DNA from: the human T2T-CHM13v2.0 reference genome, Homo sapiens
NCBI RefSeq assembly: GCF_009914755.1
Contig: NC_060928.1
Length of the DNA stretch: 64,000 nt
Strand: one strand, 5' to 3'
The notes below the pieces were generated by a model, which ran no database searches, was not told the origin of the DNA, and worked only from the letters and a program-made list of their open reading frames with translations. Of this stretch, positions 29,201-41,879 are shown in pieces (position 1 is the first letter of the stretch; the number at the start of each line of letters is the position of its first letter). A program made the position numbers and the translations under genes.

Positions 29201-31967
29201 CTGGAAAACAGAAAAGAGTGTGAATAACATAATCTTAGCGTACTCAGGTTATAATTTATTACTATCAGAGACTGGCTAAGTCTCTGTTGATAAGAAAGCA
29301 ATTCTGAGTGAAAAATCTAGTAAACCTGAAGAAAAACTGTTGTTTAAATCAATAAATATCTTTGAGATATGCACCTATAAATTTTCCCACTAGTGCATGT
29401 ATAAACATCCACTTTACTCTCTGTGTTCACCTATACAGTATACAATTGTTTCCTCCAAAAAAAAATCAATATGGCTGTGATTCCGCTATAGTTCATTCAC
29501 TGTTTATGGATAGGGATTAATGTTTGACCTCTCCTTGCCTTCTTGACTTGAACCAATTACTTTAGAATAATTTTTCTGGTTTAACTTTTTATCACGTTTT
29601 CTGACATTTTAGTGAATAATATTTGACAGCTATGAACATCTGCAAAAGTTATTGTTATCATAACTTGAGCTCAATGGAACTACTGTCACTGATGCTCTAA
29701 AGATCATATTGCACTGCAGAGTATGAACACACTTACATTAAAAATTTATTTGATTTTTCAGTAGGAATCTTTGCTTAGTTTGCTTTAACAAAGGCAGACT
29801 GTTTCAAATTTTTTTTTGAAAATGTTACCTGAAGGTGGGAAGTGAATTTGCATTCTGTACAGGGGAAGTCTCAAAGTCTCTATTTTTCATTCTGGAATTT
29901 TATATGTTACTGTTATGCAGGAAACAGCTTTTAATCTTCTCTATCTCTGTCTACTTTTTCTTAAATGAATAAAACAAAAATCTTTGGAACATGAACACTG
30001 AAACCCAGCTTTGTGCATCATAGGTTTGTGAGTAATTTCTGATAAAAGTATTTCATTTTAGTGTCCTGATTTCTTATTCAGTTTGCACTCAGGGAAACTG
30101 GTATATTGCATTCTCCTTGAAGAAAGCCATAGAGAGAGAAAATGCAGTTAGTCATTTATGTGCATATAACAATATAAATTGTAAAGATTAAGGGGAATCA
30201 TTTTGGGGAGGATCACAATTTTGCAACTAAACGCACTTAAATAATTACCTTTTTAAGCAACTTTTATTGACTATGCAGCAGGATAAAAAGTAATCTTACT
30301 TGTTTTAAATGGCATAAAGCAACCAAATGCCATTAGCAGAGTGTTACATTTCTTATTTCACTAAGATTGTTGAAGCTTACCAGAAAGAGATAAAAAATGT
30401 ATAAATTCAGGAACACTGGCTAGTAATATCCCAAACCATTGTCAGTGGACTCCTACTTTCTCCTGCCAAAATATGTGGAAGCATGCATGGATTGTACTAG
30501 ATTAGTAAGAGGGGCTCGTTTCCGTGGCATTAGCCAGGTATCTTAGCAACAAGACCATACCAGATTCTAGCAGTGCTCTGTGGTGGTGCATGTAATATCC
30601 TGGACATAATCTGTCTTTTAATTTTCTTTGGATTGTAGTGATATTACAGATACATGTGTTCAGTTATAGATCTTTATTTAATAAGAAGAATGCCTTAGCT
30701 GAAGATTTGTACTATGCCAGGAGTGGGCAACTCACAATAATGTTGCTGGCGTTTTAGCCGAGGTACTGCCTTGTCTCGCATTTCAGATTGACAGGAAAAC
30801 TTACTCCCTTCATTAAGATGTGCCTCATAGTTCATATCTTTATGCTGTGGAGATGAGGATGCTGCTGGAATTCATAATACTAAGAACGTTATTTAATGTC
30901 AGATAGAATGCAAATTGCTCGTACAATTGAAATGTCATCTAAAACATGCCACCGTATGCAACACCACTTTATTATAAGTCACTGAGAGCAATATCTTAAA
31001 TTTGGAATTGCACTAATCCTTCATCTGCTTTGTTTACCTTTCATCTATAATAGAGATGTCGAATTTCCTCCAAACTGGATTTGCATGTTTTAACTGCTTG
31101 CTCACATAGCTGAATATGTGTGGAAGAACCATATAGGGGTACTTCCTTTGATTTTCTTGTCTTTTTGTTGTTTGTTTAATGCAAATTAACAGCAAAAGAT
31201 AGCTTTCAAATATGAGACAAAATGCCGTGTCAACCCTTTTGGGGAAATAAGCTAAAGCTTATGAAGGAACATTTGATTATTTAAAGGACAAATTATAATA
31301 CAAATATGCTGTCGGTTTATTGGTAATTGATTTTCTTGGTAATTTAGTTTCATGCAGTATTTTCTTGCATTAATTGAAACAATAATTTTATAAGATTAAT
31401 TTTTTTCACAGTGAAATTACATGTGAGCTATTTAAGACATTTGTCATGCTTGCTTGGAGAAAGTGTCCAGAACAATTGCCATCCAAAATAAAGCTATCTT
31501 GACATAAAAAATGTTGTTTGTATGCAAGCGTTCTTACCTTGAGTTCTAAATATTCATTCAAGATGATGGCTTATCTTTTATAGATCAGTTTTCAGTACCA
31601 AAGAAGTCCCAGGACACCTCTTGAATCTGTAAATTCTAGGGTTTTCCATAAATAATTACATTTTTACAGAGATGAGAGTTGTAAGAAGGAAAGTAGGAAG
31701 AAAGAAGAAAGTCCTTAAAACCCCACTCTTTGGGTCTGTCCCCTCCTACTCAAGATCCCCTCTTCTTGCAGCACAGCTTTTCCCAAACGATTTAGGCTCT
31801 TAAATGCTTAGTACCTTTTGATAGGCTGCAGTGAAGATTCTGTTTTGTTTGCTTCATATTATATAGTATTTTCGTTGTTCATAACAGAGTATTCTAAATC
31901 TCAATATGCATTTGTAGGGTCTTAGAGTTGTACCTCAAAAAGATTATTTCTTGGTGATTATATTTGA

Positions 31968-32362
<395 letters not shown>

Positions 32363-32548
32363 CTAGTTAGATATATATCTTATATATCATTTGGTATAAG
32401 AATCTGTATAAGGCTACAAAAAATTATTTGTATTTATGAAGACATGCTGTGACTCCTTGCAAGGAACAGCCTAAAGTAACCACTATGATATGGTTATTGC
32501 CATAATGCTATAACATTTCCTCTAGTTTTTAAAAGATCTCTAGAGCTG

Positions 32549-32843
32549 GGCCGGGCGCGGTAGCTCATGCCTGTAATCCCAGCACTTTGGGAGGCCGAGG
32601 CGGGCAGATCATGAGGTCAAGAGATTGAGACCATCTTGGCCAACATGGTGAAACCCCGTCTCTACTAAAAATACAAAACTTAGCTGGGTGAGGTGGCACG
32701 TGCCTGTATTCTCAGCTACTCAGGAGGCTGAGGCAGGAGAATCGCTTGAACCCAGGTGCTGGAGGTTTCAGTGTGCTGAGATCGTGCCACTGCACTCCAG
32801 CCTGGGCAACAGAGTGAGACTCCATCTCAAGAAAAAAAAAAAA
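32549..32843 (+). mobile_element. AluSc-type element, full length with TSD
   Basis: ggccgggcgcgg...gatcatgaggtcaagagattgagaccatc. TSD-like ATCTCT(A/G)GAGCT on both sides. Confidence 0.97.
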
Positions 32844-33289
32844 ATCTCTGGAGCTATTATACAACTCTCAAAGAGTTGTCTGAAGATTTCAAGACTTAGA
32901 ATCACTTGATATATTTATGAAAAAGTTAGATTCCTAGGCCTTTGCCCAGACTCATTATGTAAGAGTCTCTATGGGTTTAGAAATAGCTCCAAGTTTTTCT
33001 TTGACACATTAGAATTTGGAACCATTAATTTAAAATAATGAATGGCAATTAATACAAAGCTTAATTTTCATAATAAGGGTTAGTTTTGGCAAGTTAGACC
33101 ATGTTATGTTTTATATGTGTGTGTGTGTGTGTAGGTTGTGTAACATATATGATATAAATATGTTACACATATGTAAAATTGGAGATTTTACCAAAAAATA
33201 AGTTGAAACATTGGGCTTGGGATTTCTTTTAAAAAAGTCAAAATTATGTAATTTGTCATTACATAATTTGAGTTATTTTCATTTTTGCC

Positions 33290-33551
33290 TTTTTTTTTTT
33301 TTTTAGAGACAAAGCCTTGCTTTGGTAGTTCACTATAATCTCTAACTTCTGGGCTGAGGCAAGCTTCCTGCCTCAGTGTCCCAAGTAGCTAGAACTGCAG
33401 ACACATGCCACCATGCCCAGTTAATTTAAAAAATTTTTTTGCAGAGATGCTATGTTGCCCAGGCTGGTCTTGAACTCCTGGCCTCAAGTGATCTTCCTGC
33501 TTTGGCCTCCCAAAGTGCTAGGTCTACAGGCATGAGCCACACCACCTGGCC
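33290..33551 (-). mobile_element. AluJ-type element with an internal deletion in the right arm
   Basis: Poly-T, then agagac...cctgcctcag...ctggtcttgaactcctggcctcaagtgat...catgagccacaccacctggcc. The right flank TTGCCTAGGTCTTTT|AA resembles a TSD plus L1 endonuclease site; the left flank retains TTGCCT. Confidence 0.95.
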
Positions 33552-33674
33552 TTGCCTAGGTCTTTTAAGTGAGAATATTAACTTGAAGTTCCACTGTATT
33601 TTTAAAAATCACATGGGAAAGAGGACTTTTTTATAGATGGGAATTTTATCTTAAAATGTCCCTTAAAATATGAA
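33543..33674 (-). repeat. Inverted duplication, right (probably source) copy
   Basis: Reverse complement matches 26099-26231 at ~92%; overlaps the 5' end of the AluJ. Confidence 0.95.
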
Positions 33675-35914
33675 AACTCAGACATGTATTTTATAAATAC
33701 ATAATATAAAAATATAAATTTTTGCCTTCCTTGATGTAAAAAAAAAGGATGAAGATAAAATCAAGAACTAAGTTTTTATTCTGTATTTGGTCTGGCTACT
33801 GACTTTGAAGTCAAGTTACATTTTTGTTTCTCCTTGCACAATTCTCAGTAACCAGTCTTGCATTTACCAACGTCTTGGGTCCAGAAGCATCCCGGGGTTT
33901 TGTGTAAACTAAATATAGAAATCAATTTAGCCAACTGTGAGGTATAATCATCTCTTGGGTGTAAAATGACATCTGGTTCTTTGTGTCATCTGCATTATAT
34001 AGCCACACTAAAGAAAAAATGACACACAGAAAGACAAAGATAAATTCAAATTCATGTCAACATAATGGAATTCCCAGGCTGATGATATATGACTGATGAT
34101 TAACCCAACAATTGGCAAATGGTTTAGTAATAGATGCACATAATTCCAGAGACTGACAAGCCAATAGCTGGTCTCAGGCTCAGATATACATGAACAGTTA
34201 TTCTGTGCTACCTCTTTGTAGGTGTGGTGTACCAAGATATAATCAAATACAGAAATGTTTCTAATGCTTACCTCAGAATGTCAAGCATTACTTAGAATGA
34301 TGTATCTGATATGCAACTTGGTAGTTTATCATAAAATACTCTTTTTAAAATTTGAAAAATTGCTACTATTTGATGTCTCCAAAATGTTCATTATAACTTC
34401 GACGTTTTTCATACACAACAGTTGTACCTCTAGCTACCTTTCTTTAGAAACTATGTTATTATCTCAAATTCAGCCTTTCTAAAATCAAAATTAATGTTTT
34501 CCTCTGAACACAAGATCCTATTACTGATTTCTCAGTTCTGTTGCACCACTATTTTCCCTTATTACTTGTGTTCAAAGCCTTTCAGGGATGTTTTGGTACA
34601 GTACATGTGCTAAAACTTCTAGTCATTTTGCACATGATATCATTGTGAAACAGGTTTATTTTGAAAACATGCCATGGATACATTGGGAAAAAAACACCTT
34701 TAGTTCAAGATATCAAACCAGCTTTCTCAATACCCAATTAAATTATACATCCTGCTTCTAACCACATAAAATGAGAGAATATGACACTTTAGGAAAGATT
34801 TGATCATCTAAATAAAACTAGCAGCAAGGAATAGAACATATAGTGGAATTTTTACCTGAAAAAAAATCAAGACCCTATTTCTCTCTTGATGAGGAAAGAG
34901 TTTCTGATTTTATAGAAATCATCTGTTTACACCACAAAAGAATATTTTATCTTTTAAGCCATTGTGCATCAAGGTGAATTGAGTTTATCTTTTTAAAAAA
35001 TGTGGCAGGGTGATTTTTTGTTTTTTTCCCCACTTCTTCCTGGTGATTTTCCTGGGCACAGCCTACACCAAGAATCGGATTACCGAAGCACCCATTGATG
35101 ATGTAACCTAATGTGGAGACTCTTGGAATCCTGGGGAGAAGACAAAGAGATGAGAGTGTCAGCTCCCCAATTTTAGAGACCTGTATCAGATGAACTGGGG
35201 AAGAGAGCTGGAGAATTTGAAGAGTGGAAAGCACACTTAACTTTCTCCTCATGCTCCATCTCAGACTCTGTCTGAATTGGAAGAGATAATTAAAACCAAA
35301 CAATAAAGATGTTCTCTGTATGCATCTGGGTCCTGGCTAACAGGACTTTGGTTTAAAAATGGGCCATACAACTGTTTTTCTCTACAGCAAAGGACATGAT
35401 ACTGGAGATAGAATCCTCTTCAGGATAGAATCCTGGAGGGCTATTTCTCTATATGGCAATGTTATGTTTTAGGTCATGCCCCATTACAACAATGTTGACA
35501 AGAAAGCTCACAGAAGAGATTTGTGAAGGATAAGGAGTTAGTAAGGAAGAGCCAATTCTTGACAGGGCTGATATTTACCTCCAAGTGTCATCATGAATTT
35601 GAATATTGCTAATATAACATTTTCCCATCATAATTGCAAACACTCTGTTTTTACAAGGTAGCAGGCCAGACTGTTGGAAATTGGCAAAATAAGATGCAAA
35701 TAAGCACATCCACATTTTTGGGGGCTGCCATGACAGAAGAGGTTCTTTCATACACATCTCATATTTTGCAGAGTAGTTTGGTCCTTTCTAGCTTATCATC
35801 CTTCTCATGTGTAATGGGACAGAGAGAGTTAGAGACAATTAAAAAATCAATGAGAATCCTGTTACTAGAGAATTCACTGCAGCCCTACTACTAGAGAACT
35901 GAGAAATCCCCCAA

Positions 35915-36370
35915 ATCAGTGACTGCAAATCACCAACAAATCCTGAGCACTTCTTATGTGCCATAAATTTGCCAAGTGCTTGACATGATGTATGTCTTTC
36001 AATCCTCATCACAATTCTGTGAGATAGAGACTATTAACCAATAGGTTTGGTGAGGTTAAATAACTGTGATAAAATCATTCAGCAGATAATAATAAGAATA
36101 CTTATCATGATAAAGCAAACAGTTGCATAGAACTTACTGAGGACATTCTACTGCTAAGTGATCAATACATACTAAAAAGTTTAAACCCACAGCAACCCTG
36201 TGAGGTAGGTTCTATAATTACTATAATTATTCTTGTTTTTATAGATAATTAAGTTGAGGCCTGGAAAGATTAAGTTGCTTTCCCAAGTCACAAATCTAGT
36301 AAATGGTAGAATTAGGATTCAAAATTAGGATTTCAGGCCTCACAATCTGTACTCTTTACCATGAAGCTAT
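35915..36370 (-). mobile_element. Two tandem MIR copies
   Basis: ctgagcacttcttatgtgcc...aatcctcatcacaattctgtgag; cacagcaaccctgtgaggtagg...gattaagttgctttcccaagtcaca...aggattcaaa. Confidence 0.85.
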
Positions 36371-36453
36371 GGGAATACATTATAGAGCCATAGATCCAAG
36401 GCAGGAAACCTTACCTCCCAAATCCAAGCTTTTGCCGTCAAAACCTAAGTGTC

Positions 36454-36737
36454 TGCATACATAAAAAATAGTTACAGAATGAATAAGACCTACTATTTGA
36501 TAGCACAACAGGGTGACTATAGTCAATGATAACTTAATTGTACATTTCAAAATAACTAAAAGAGTATAACTGGATTGTTTGTAACAAAAGGATAAATGCT
36601 TGAGGAGATGGGCACCCAATCCTCTGTGATGTGGTTATTAAGCACTGTATGCCTGTATAAAAACATCTCATGTACCCTATAAATATATAAACCTACTATG
36701 TACCCATAAAAATTAAAAATAAGAAAATTAATAATAA
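36454..36737 (+). mobile_element. L1MA (L1MA1-3-like) 3' end, 5'-truncated, with a perfect 14-bp TSD
   Basis: gaatgaataagacctactatttgatagcacaacagggtgactatagtc...tatgtacccataaaaattaaaaat. TSD AAAACCTAAGTGTC at 36440-36453 and 36738-36751. Confidence 0.95.
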
Positions 36738-39459
36738 AAAACCTAAGTGTCACCCCTTGAAACACAGCTATTGATATAAACGTATTGTCTTTTTTTGTTT
36801 TTCATAGTTTTGACATATTAATGTAGATATTAAACATATTCTATTGATATGATTTATTCTCAACAAAGGATTGTGATTAAAGCAATGGAAAATAAGGACA
36901 CAAAGATATGAGAAGGCAAGCACTTTGAGATGTTCATCTCTCCATTATTTTGAGCCTTTAGGTCAACTTCTTTTGAATAAATGTGTAGGTTAGTAAACTG
37001 AGTGAACTATAGAAAATTGCGTTATTGACCTATTTTTGTGTGTGTGGTTATACCACTTAACAAGTAAGTGATCTCCAAGAAAATCAGTCCTAAGTCAAAA
37101 CATACAGTATTGAGTAAATTAATGTGTCTTTACTACTGGTGGGCAATAATGAATATTCTGCTAATCTTTAGAATTATTGCAATCAGCACCCAGCACTACA
37201 TCGCAGACTTCCTTCATGACTTAATCTTTACCTTTAATCTGAAATTGATTTTACATTTGTAATTATTGGTCTCCTATGTGGTTTTTGGCCTTTACCAGCT
37301 ATGCAAAACAATAGCTGGCTACTAGAAGGCATTTTATTATAATCTTACTATTTTTACCAAGATTGAATGGTAAAAATATGTCACCACTATTATGATGTCA
37401 TTTTAAACTTGAATAAGCTTAGACCACTTATTGAAAAATCCTGGGTAATTTTAAATTGATGTTGACATTAAAAAGGATTGCCTATAATGATAGTGTCTTG
37501 TAGCTTTAAGTAGCAGTCTGAAGTAAATCTAGTAATAATTATGGTTACATCTTGATCACTTGCCTTTTCCTCTTTATTAACCTTGTAAGGAAACATATTG
37601 TTAGAGTCATCTTTAATCCCTACAAAAAATTAATCCCCTTCCATCCCCTCTTAGACCTTAAAACAAGAATAGAGAATGTGAGTTCAGTGCTTGAACTTTT
37701 TTCCTGGACAGATTCCCACATGGAAAACTGAGGCAAGTCTACTAAAAGCTAAGTACCTTCATCACACATCAGCTTCGAGGGCCTTCTGTTACTGTCGGTC
37801 CATCTCTTCATCTCTCTGGGGAGGAGCCCCAACACACACAACCCAGGGCCTGCTGGAACCAGCCAGTGGTAGAGCTGTCAAGGCCAGCCTATTTGAAAAG
37901 AAAATAATGAAAGACAAAATCTCATCAGCTAACCTGAATTTCTGATCCCCGGAGGGTGCTCTAAGAAAAGTTGGAAAAGATTATGTAAAATAGCTCTCAT
38001 ATGTTAGGCAGGAAAAATTACTTATTGCCTCTAAACTGAAAGATTGTAAACAAAGTTTCCTATTTTTGCAAAAAAGAAAGATCAGTTGCATCAGATGCTG
38101 CTTTCAAACATAGCTTCTATAAAGTGCCATCAGGTTTAGATTCAGCCACTTGTGTCCAAGAGAGAAGGGGAGAAATGGGAGAGATTTATCTCTCTTATCT
38201 CTAAGCCTCCTTCTGTGTTGGGCAGCACCCAAAGCCTAAATAGATAGGATCCCTTATCCAAAACCCACACTTCTGCCTTTTCATCCTAAAAGTGAAACAA
38301 AACAATTTGGCAGTGCAATAATCAAAGAAACAGTAATATTTTGTAAAGAGTTGACTATGAAAATGTGACCAAATCAGTATTTGTTTACTGTCTCCCCTTA
38401 TTAACAACATGCAGTTTATGTGTAAATTAAATTTGTGTAATTCTCACCTTGACTTTGAATGTGTTTCATAGTTATACCGATGCTGTTATTAATTTTAACT
38501 TATTACAAGTTGATGGTTTGTATGTATAAATGTTACAGACAAAATCAGTGAAATTTAACGTATGTGTGACCTTTAAGTGGTAATTGTGTATATTTTTTCA
38601 CATATTTTAAAAGTTGCTAAATAAGTATGATAAGCTTAATTTCTTTCTCTTTCTTTCAAACTCTACCTAGCCCAAGCCTCACTATTATTTTGCATCCTTT
38701 CCTGACCAGTCTAGTCCATAGACGTCTCCTTTTTGTAAAAAGCTCAAAGAACAGTCGTTTCTAAACATTTTGCTATGAAGCAAGTTAATTTTTACCTTTT
38801 GTAGACCCTACCTATGCTTCCAGATTTTATTTAGCAAAGATGCATTTACTTCGTCATTTGTTTCTTCAGTTTCTATTTTATGGGTACTATTAACCAGCAG
38901 TAGACAATAGTGGCATTGATCTGCCAAATTTGATGAGAAGAGCCAGGTCTGGGATTTGGACTGAGTGAATGTGGGCAGATGTGGTACAGGTGTTTGGAGG
39001 ACACAGAGGCTGAAGTCCTCGGACTCCGTAGCAGAGCAGAGCAGTGTGGATTAGGGCTTGGACAGAGAGAGAGCGAGCTGATGACTGGAAGTGTGTGATT
39101 GCCAGAGATGAGTGGGAATGCTGCATGAAGCCAGGAATGGGCCAGGAGCTGGATCACGCATTGTCAGCATAGGATCTGATTCCAAGTGAGAGGCAAATAG
39201 CACAAGAAGTAAATAGAGAAAAATTAAGAGCAATCATATGTCACCTGTATATTATTATATAATTCAACCATGGATCCATTCATCAAGAAAGTGCCCTTCC
39301 TTATGCCTGCAGTGTCATTCCTATTTGGGTCTTTAGGGGATCCTAAACAATTTCTGAAATAATTTTAGCTAAGTGTCTGTCTCTGGTAAATGCACATTAG
39401 CTTTTAAAAACTATTAAAAATAGTAGACATTTATGAAGAATCACTGTGCTGCCTCTTCC

Positions 39460-39768
39460 TATGAGAAGACTATTCTTCCCAGTCCCAATTTCCCTTGTCC
39501 AAGGAAAAGGAGTGAAAAGAACATGTGCTATTTCTGAACAATAGCTTTAAGAGCTCTCTTGTGGCTCCACCGTGTTATGTTTTCCATTTGCTATAAAACC
39601 AGCAAAGTTTTAGGTAGGGAGTAAAAATAACCTGGAACAGATATCATGTTGGATCCCAGGTGGACATGCAATGTGAGTGAAAAATCCACCTTTATTTTGT
39701 AAGTCGCTGAGATTTTTGAGATTGCTTGTTATCATGGCATTGTTTAGCCTAAGCTGACAAGTATACAT
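39460..39768 (+). mobile_element. Old MLT1 LTR, 3' portion
   Basis: gtgagtgaaaaatccacctttattttgtaagtcgctgagatt...tttagcctaagctgacaagtataca; left edge uncertain. Confidence 0.65.
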
Positions 39769-40989
39769 TGTCATTGACATGATTGTTTATCCTGGAGGTC
39801 AGTCAATATTTGTATGGCCTTTGCATTTTTTATATAGTGTTTTTAAATCTTATTTACCTAAATTATATGTCCCTTGAGAATAACTTTAATATCTCATTTT
39901 TTTTTGTTGTTTGATCCACCATTTAAACTGTAAACCTCTGAAATAAAGAATTTTAAAATGTGTCAAGGTTAACCAGTGAACGAATAACTTAACATATACT
40001 CCATTGTAGTAACTGTGAGTGATACAAACATGTCAAAGAAAGTGCAATTAAGATAAATATTTCCATATTGACAAGTCTATGGTAATTATCAATCAATTCA
40101 TCTGTTTCTGATAGTAAAACAAGCGATACTTGCTTTCTTTAATGAGACATCTGAAGGCACAGTGTGCATTTAAAAACTATAAATATATTGTTGAAATTAT
40201 AAAGCATCACACTTTTAACTTGCACTACTGAAGACTGCCTAATACGGCACTTATTGTACACATTTTCAAGAAAAGAATTACTTTAAAACTAAAGTAGGGG
40301 AGGTTTCGAATGGGAAGCTTTGCTGGTAACCTCAGGATATTTACTACATTTCTGAGGCTGACCCTCACCCTTGATGTGAGAAAATTAGGTTTAATTTTCT
40401 ATTGGCTGATAGATTGAAAAGAATTATAATTATACCAACTGAAGTATGATTGAGGATGCCAAGTTATTTATTTATAGAAGAGAATAGCTATGTTCATGAT
40501 CCTTACTCCTGGTACTCTTATTCAGGAAAAGCCAGGGACTTGGAAGTACATACAGTTGGAACTAGTTGTTTGAGATTTTTAATGAGAAGTACATATCATG
40601 TGGCCATTTTATTGAGGTCCCAGTTGGAAGTAATGAAGTGTCTTTGTCCTGTATTAAATAATAGGTAGCGGTAGAATGCATTTGTTGGATTCATCACTGT
40701 TCTTCCCTTTTCCACTAACGTCGCTATCTGAAGTCCGTGTTCAAGCTGGGTCACCTTTTCTCATTTATATGGCATATGTATTTTTTCTTTTGATGTACTC
40801 ATGTTTCCGTTATGTTTGAAGAAAACATTCTTGCCCATCAGATGGTAGAATTGCCTGATAAACCAGTATTTTTACTTAATAATCGAGCTCTTTGTGGAGA
40901 ATATCCTCTTTTTATGTTTTCTGGTTTGTAAGAAGTACTTCCCAATTGCTATCATGTACTGCTTCTGAATAGTCTTGAGGCAACATGCA

Positions 40990-41190
40990 GGTAACTGTGA
41001 GAAAAAAGTACTTTGCTTAGTTTTGAGAAGACCTAGGTTCCAGACCAGGCTTTAGATTGTATTATCCGTGTGACTCTGATTAAATTACTTATTTTTTCCA
41101 AGGCTTGGTTTTCTAATATATAAAATAGAAGTTATGTTATCTTCATCATAGAGTGGTAAGGATAAATAAATGCTATGCAAATATGGGCTA
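40990..41190 (+). mobile_element. MIR
   Basis: gaagacctaggttccagaccaggct...gtgtgact...ggttttctaatatataaaatag...cttcatcatagagtgg. Confidence 0.75.
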
Positions 41191-41555
41191 ATATAAACAT
41201 AGACTCGAGGGAGCCATTAGATAGCACAACCAGAGCTCTATGTGTTCTTAAACTTCTCTCCTACAGCCTAGACTGTAGTGGCTGGACCATGTATATAAGG
41301 AATTGTATCTTCTCCTGGAAAGGTCCTTGTCTTCCTCCCACCATCTGATTCATAGTCTTTCACTGCAGTTTGATGAAAAGACCCTTAGGAGTAATTTGGT
41401 CATGGTCTGTGTCCGTGTTTACCTCAGTCAACATAAGATACCCCAAAACTCCCAAGTCATCTTTTATGCCTTAGACTTCCATGCCTATATGGTTCTGTGT
41501 ATTCCATAATTTGACTCACCCCAACACTTTCAGTCATTAGCAAAATCTTCGATGT

Positions 41556-41756
41556 CAGAGGTAGAAAACATTATTTTTAAAGGGCCAGATAGAAAATATT
41601 TTAGGCTTTGGGAGCTGAGAGACAAAATCAAGGACATCATGGAGGTATTTCTATAACCATTAAAAATGTAACTATTTAAAAATATAAAACCTATTCTTAG
41701 CACCTGGACATAAAAACAGGAGTTTGGCTGTCTGACCACAGCTTGGCGACCCCTGC
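41556..41756 (+). mobile_element. MER58-family (hAT-Charlie) element
   Basis: cagaggtagaaaac...aaagggccagatagaaaatattttaggcttt...ttggcgacccctg terminal motifs. Confidence 0.85.
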
Positions 41757-41879
41757 TCTGTATCTTCAGTTTCTTCACGAAACTTTCTCTGCCGCCTGTT
41801 GGTTTATGTGGACCCTGGCTCTCCCCAAGCACTGCTCCCTGAGCACACCTCTATGTGTTGTCCCCATTAACGATGATTT

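Noticed and set aside
33138-33168. Small hairpins (TGTAACATAT...ATATGTTACA; also AGACCAAA..TTTGGTCT at 2681) as miRNA precursors
   Set aside because: The stems are far too short and AT-rich, and I recognise no mature miRNA sequence.
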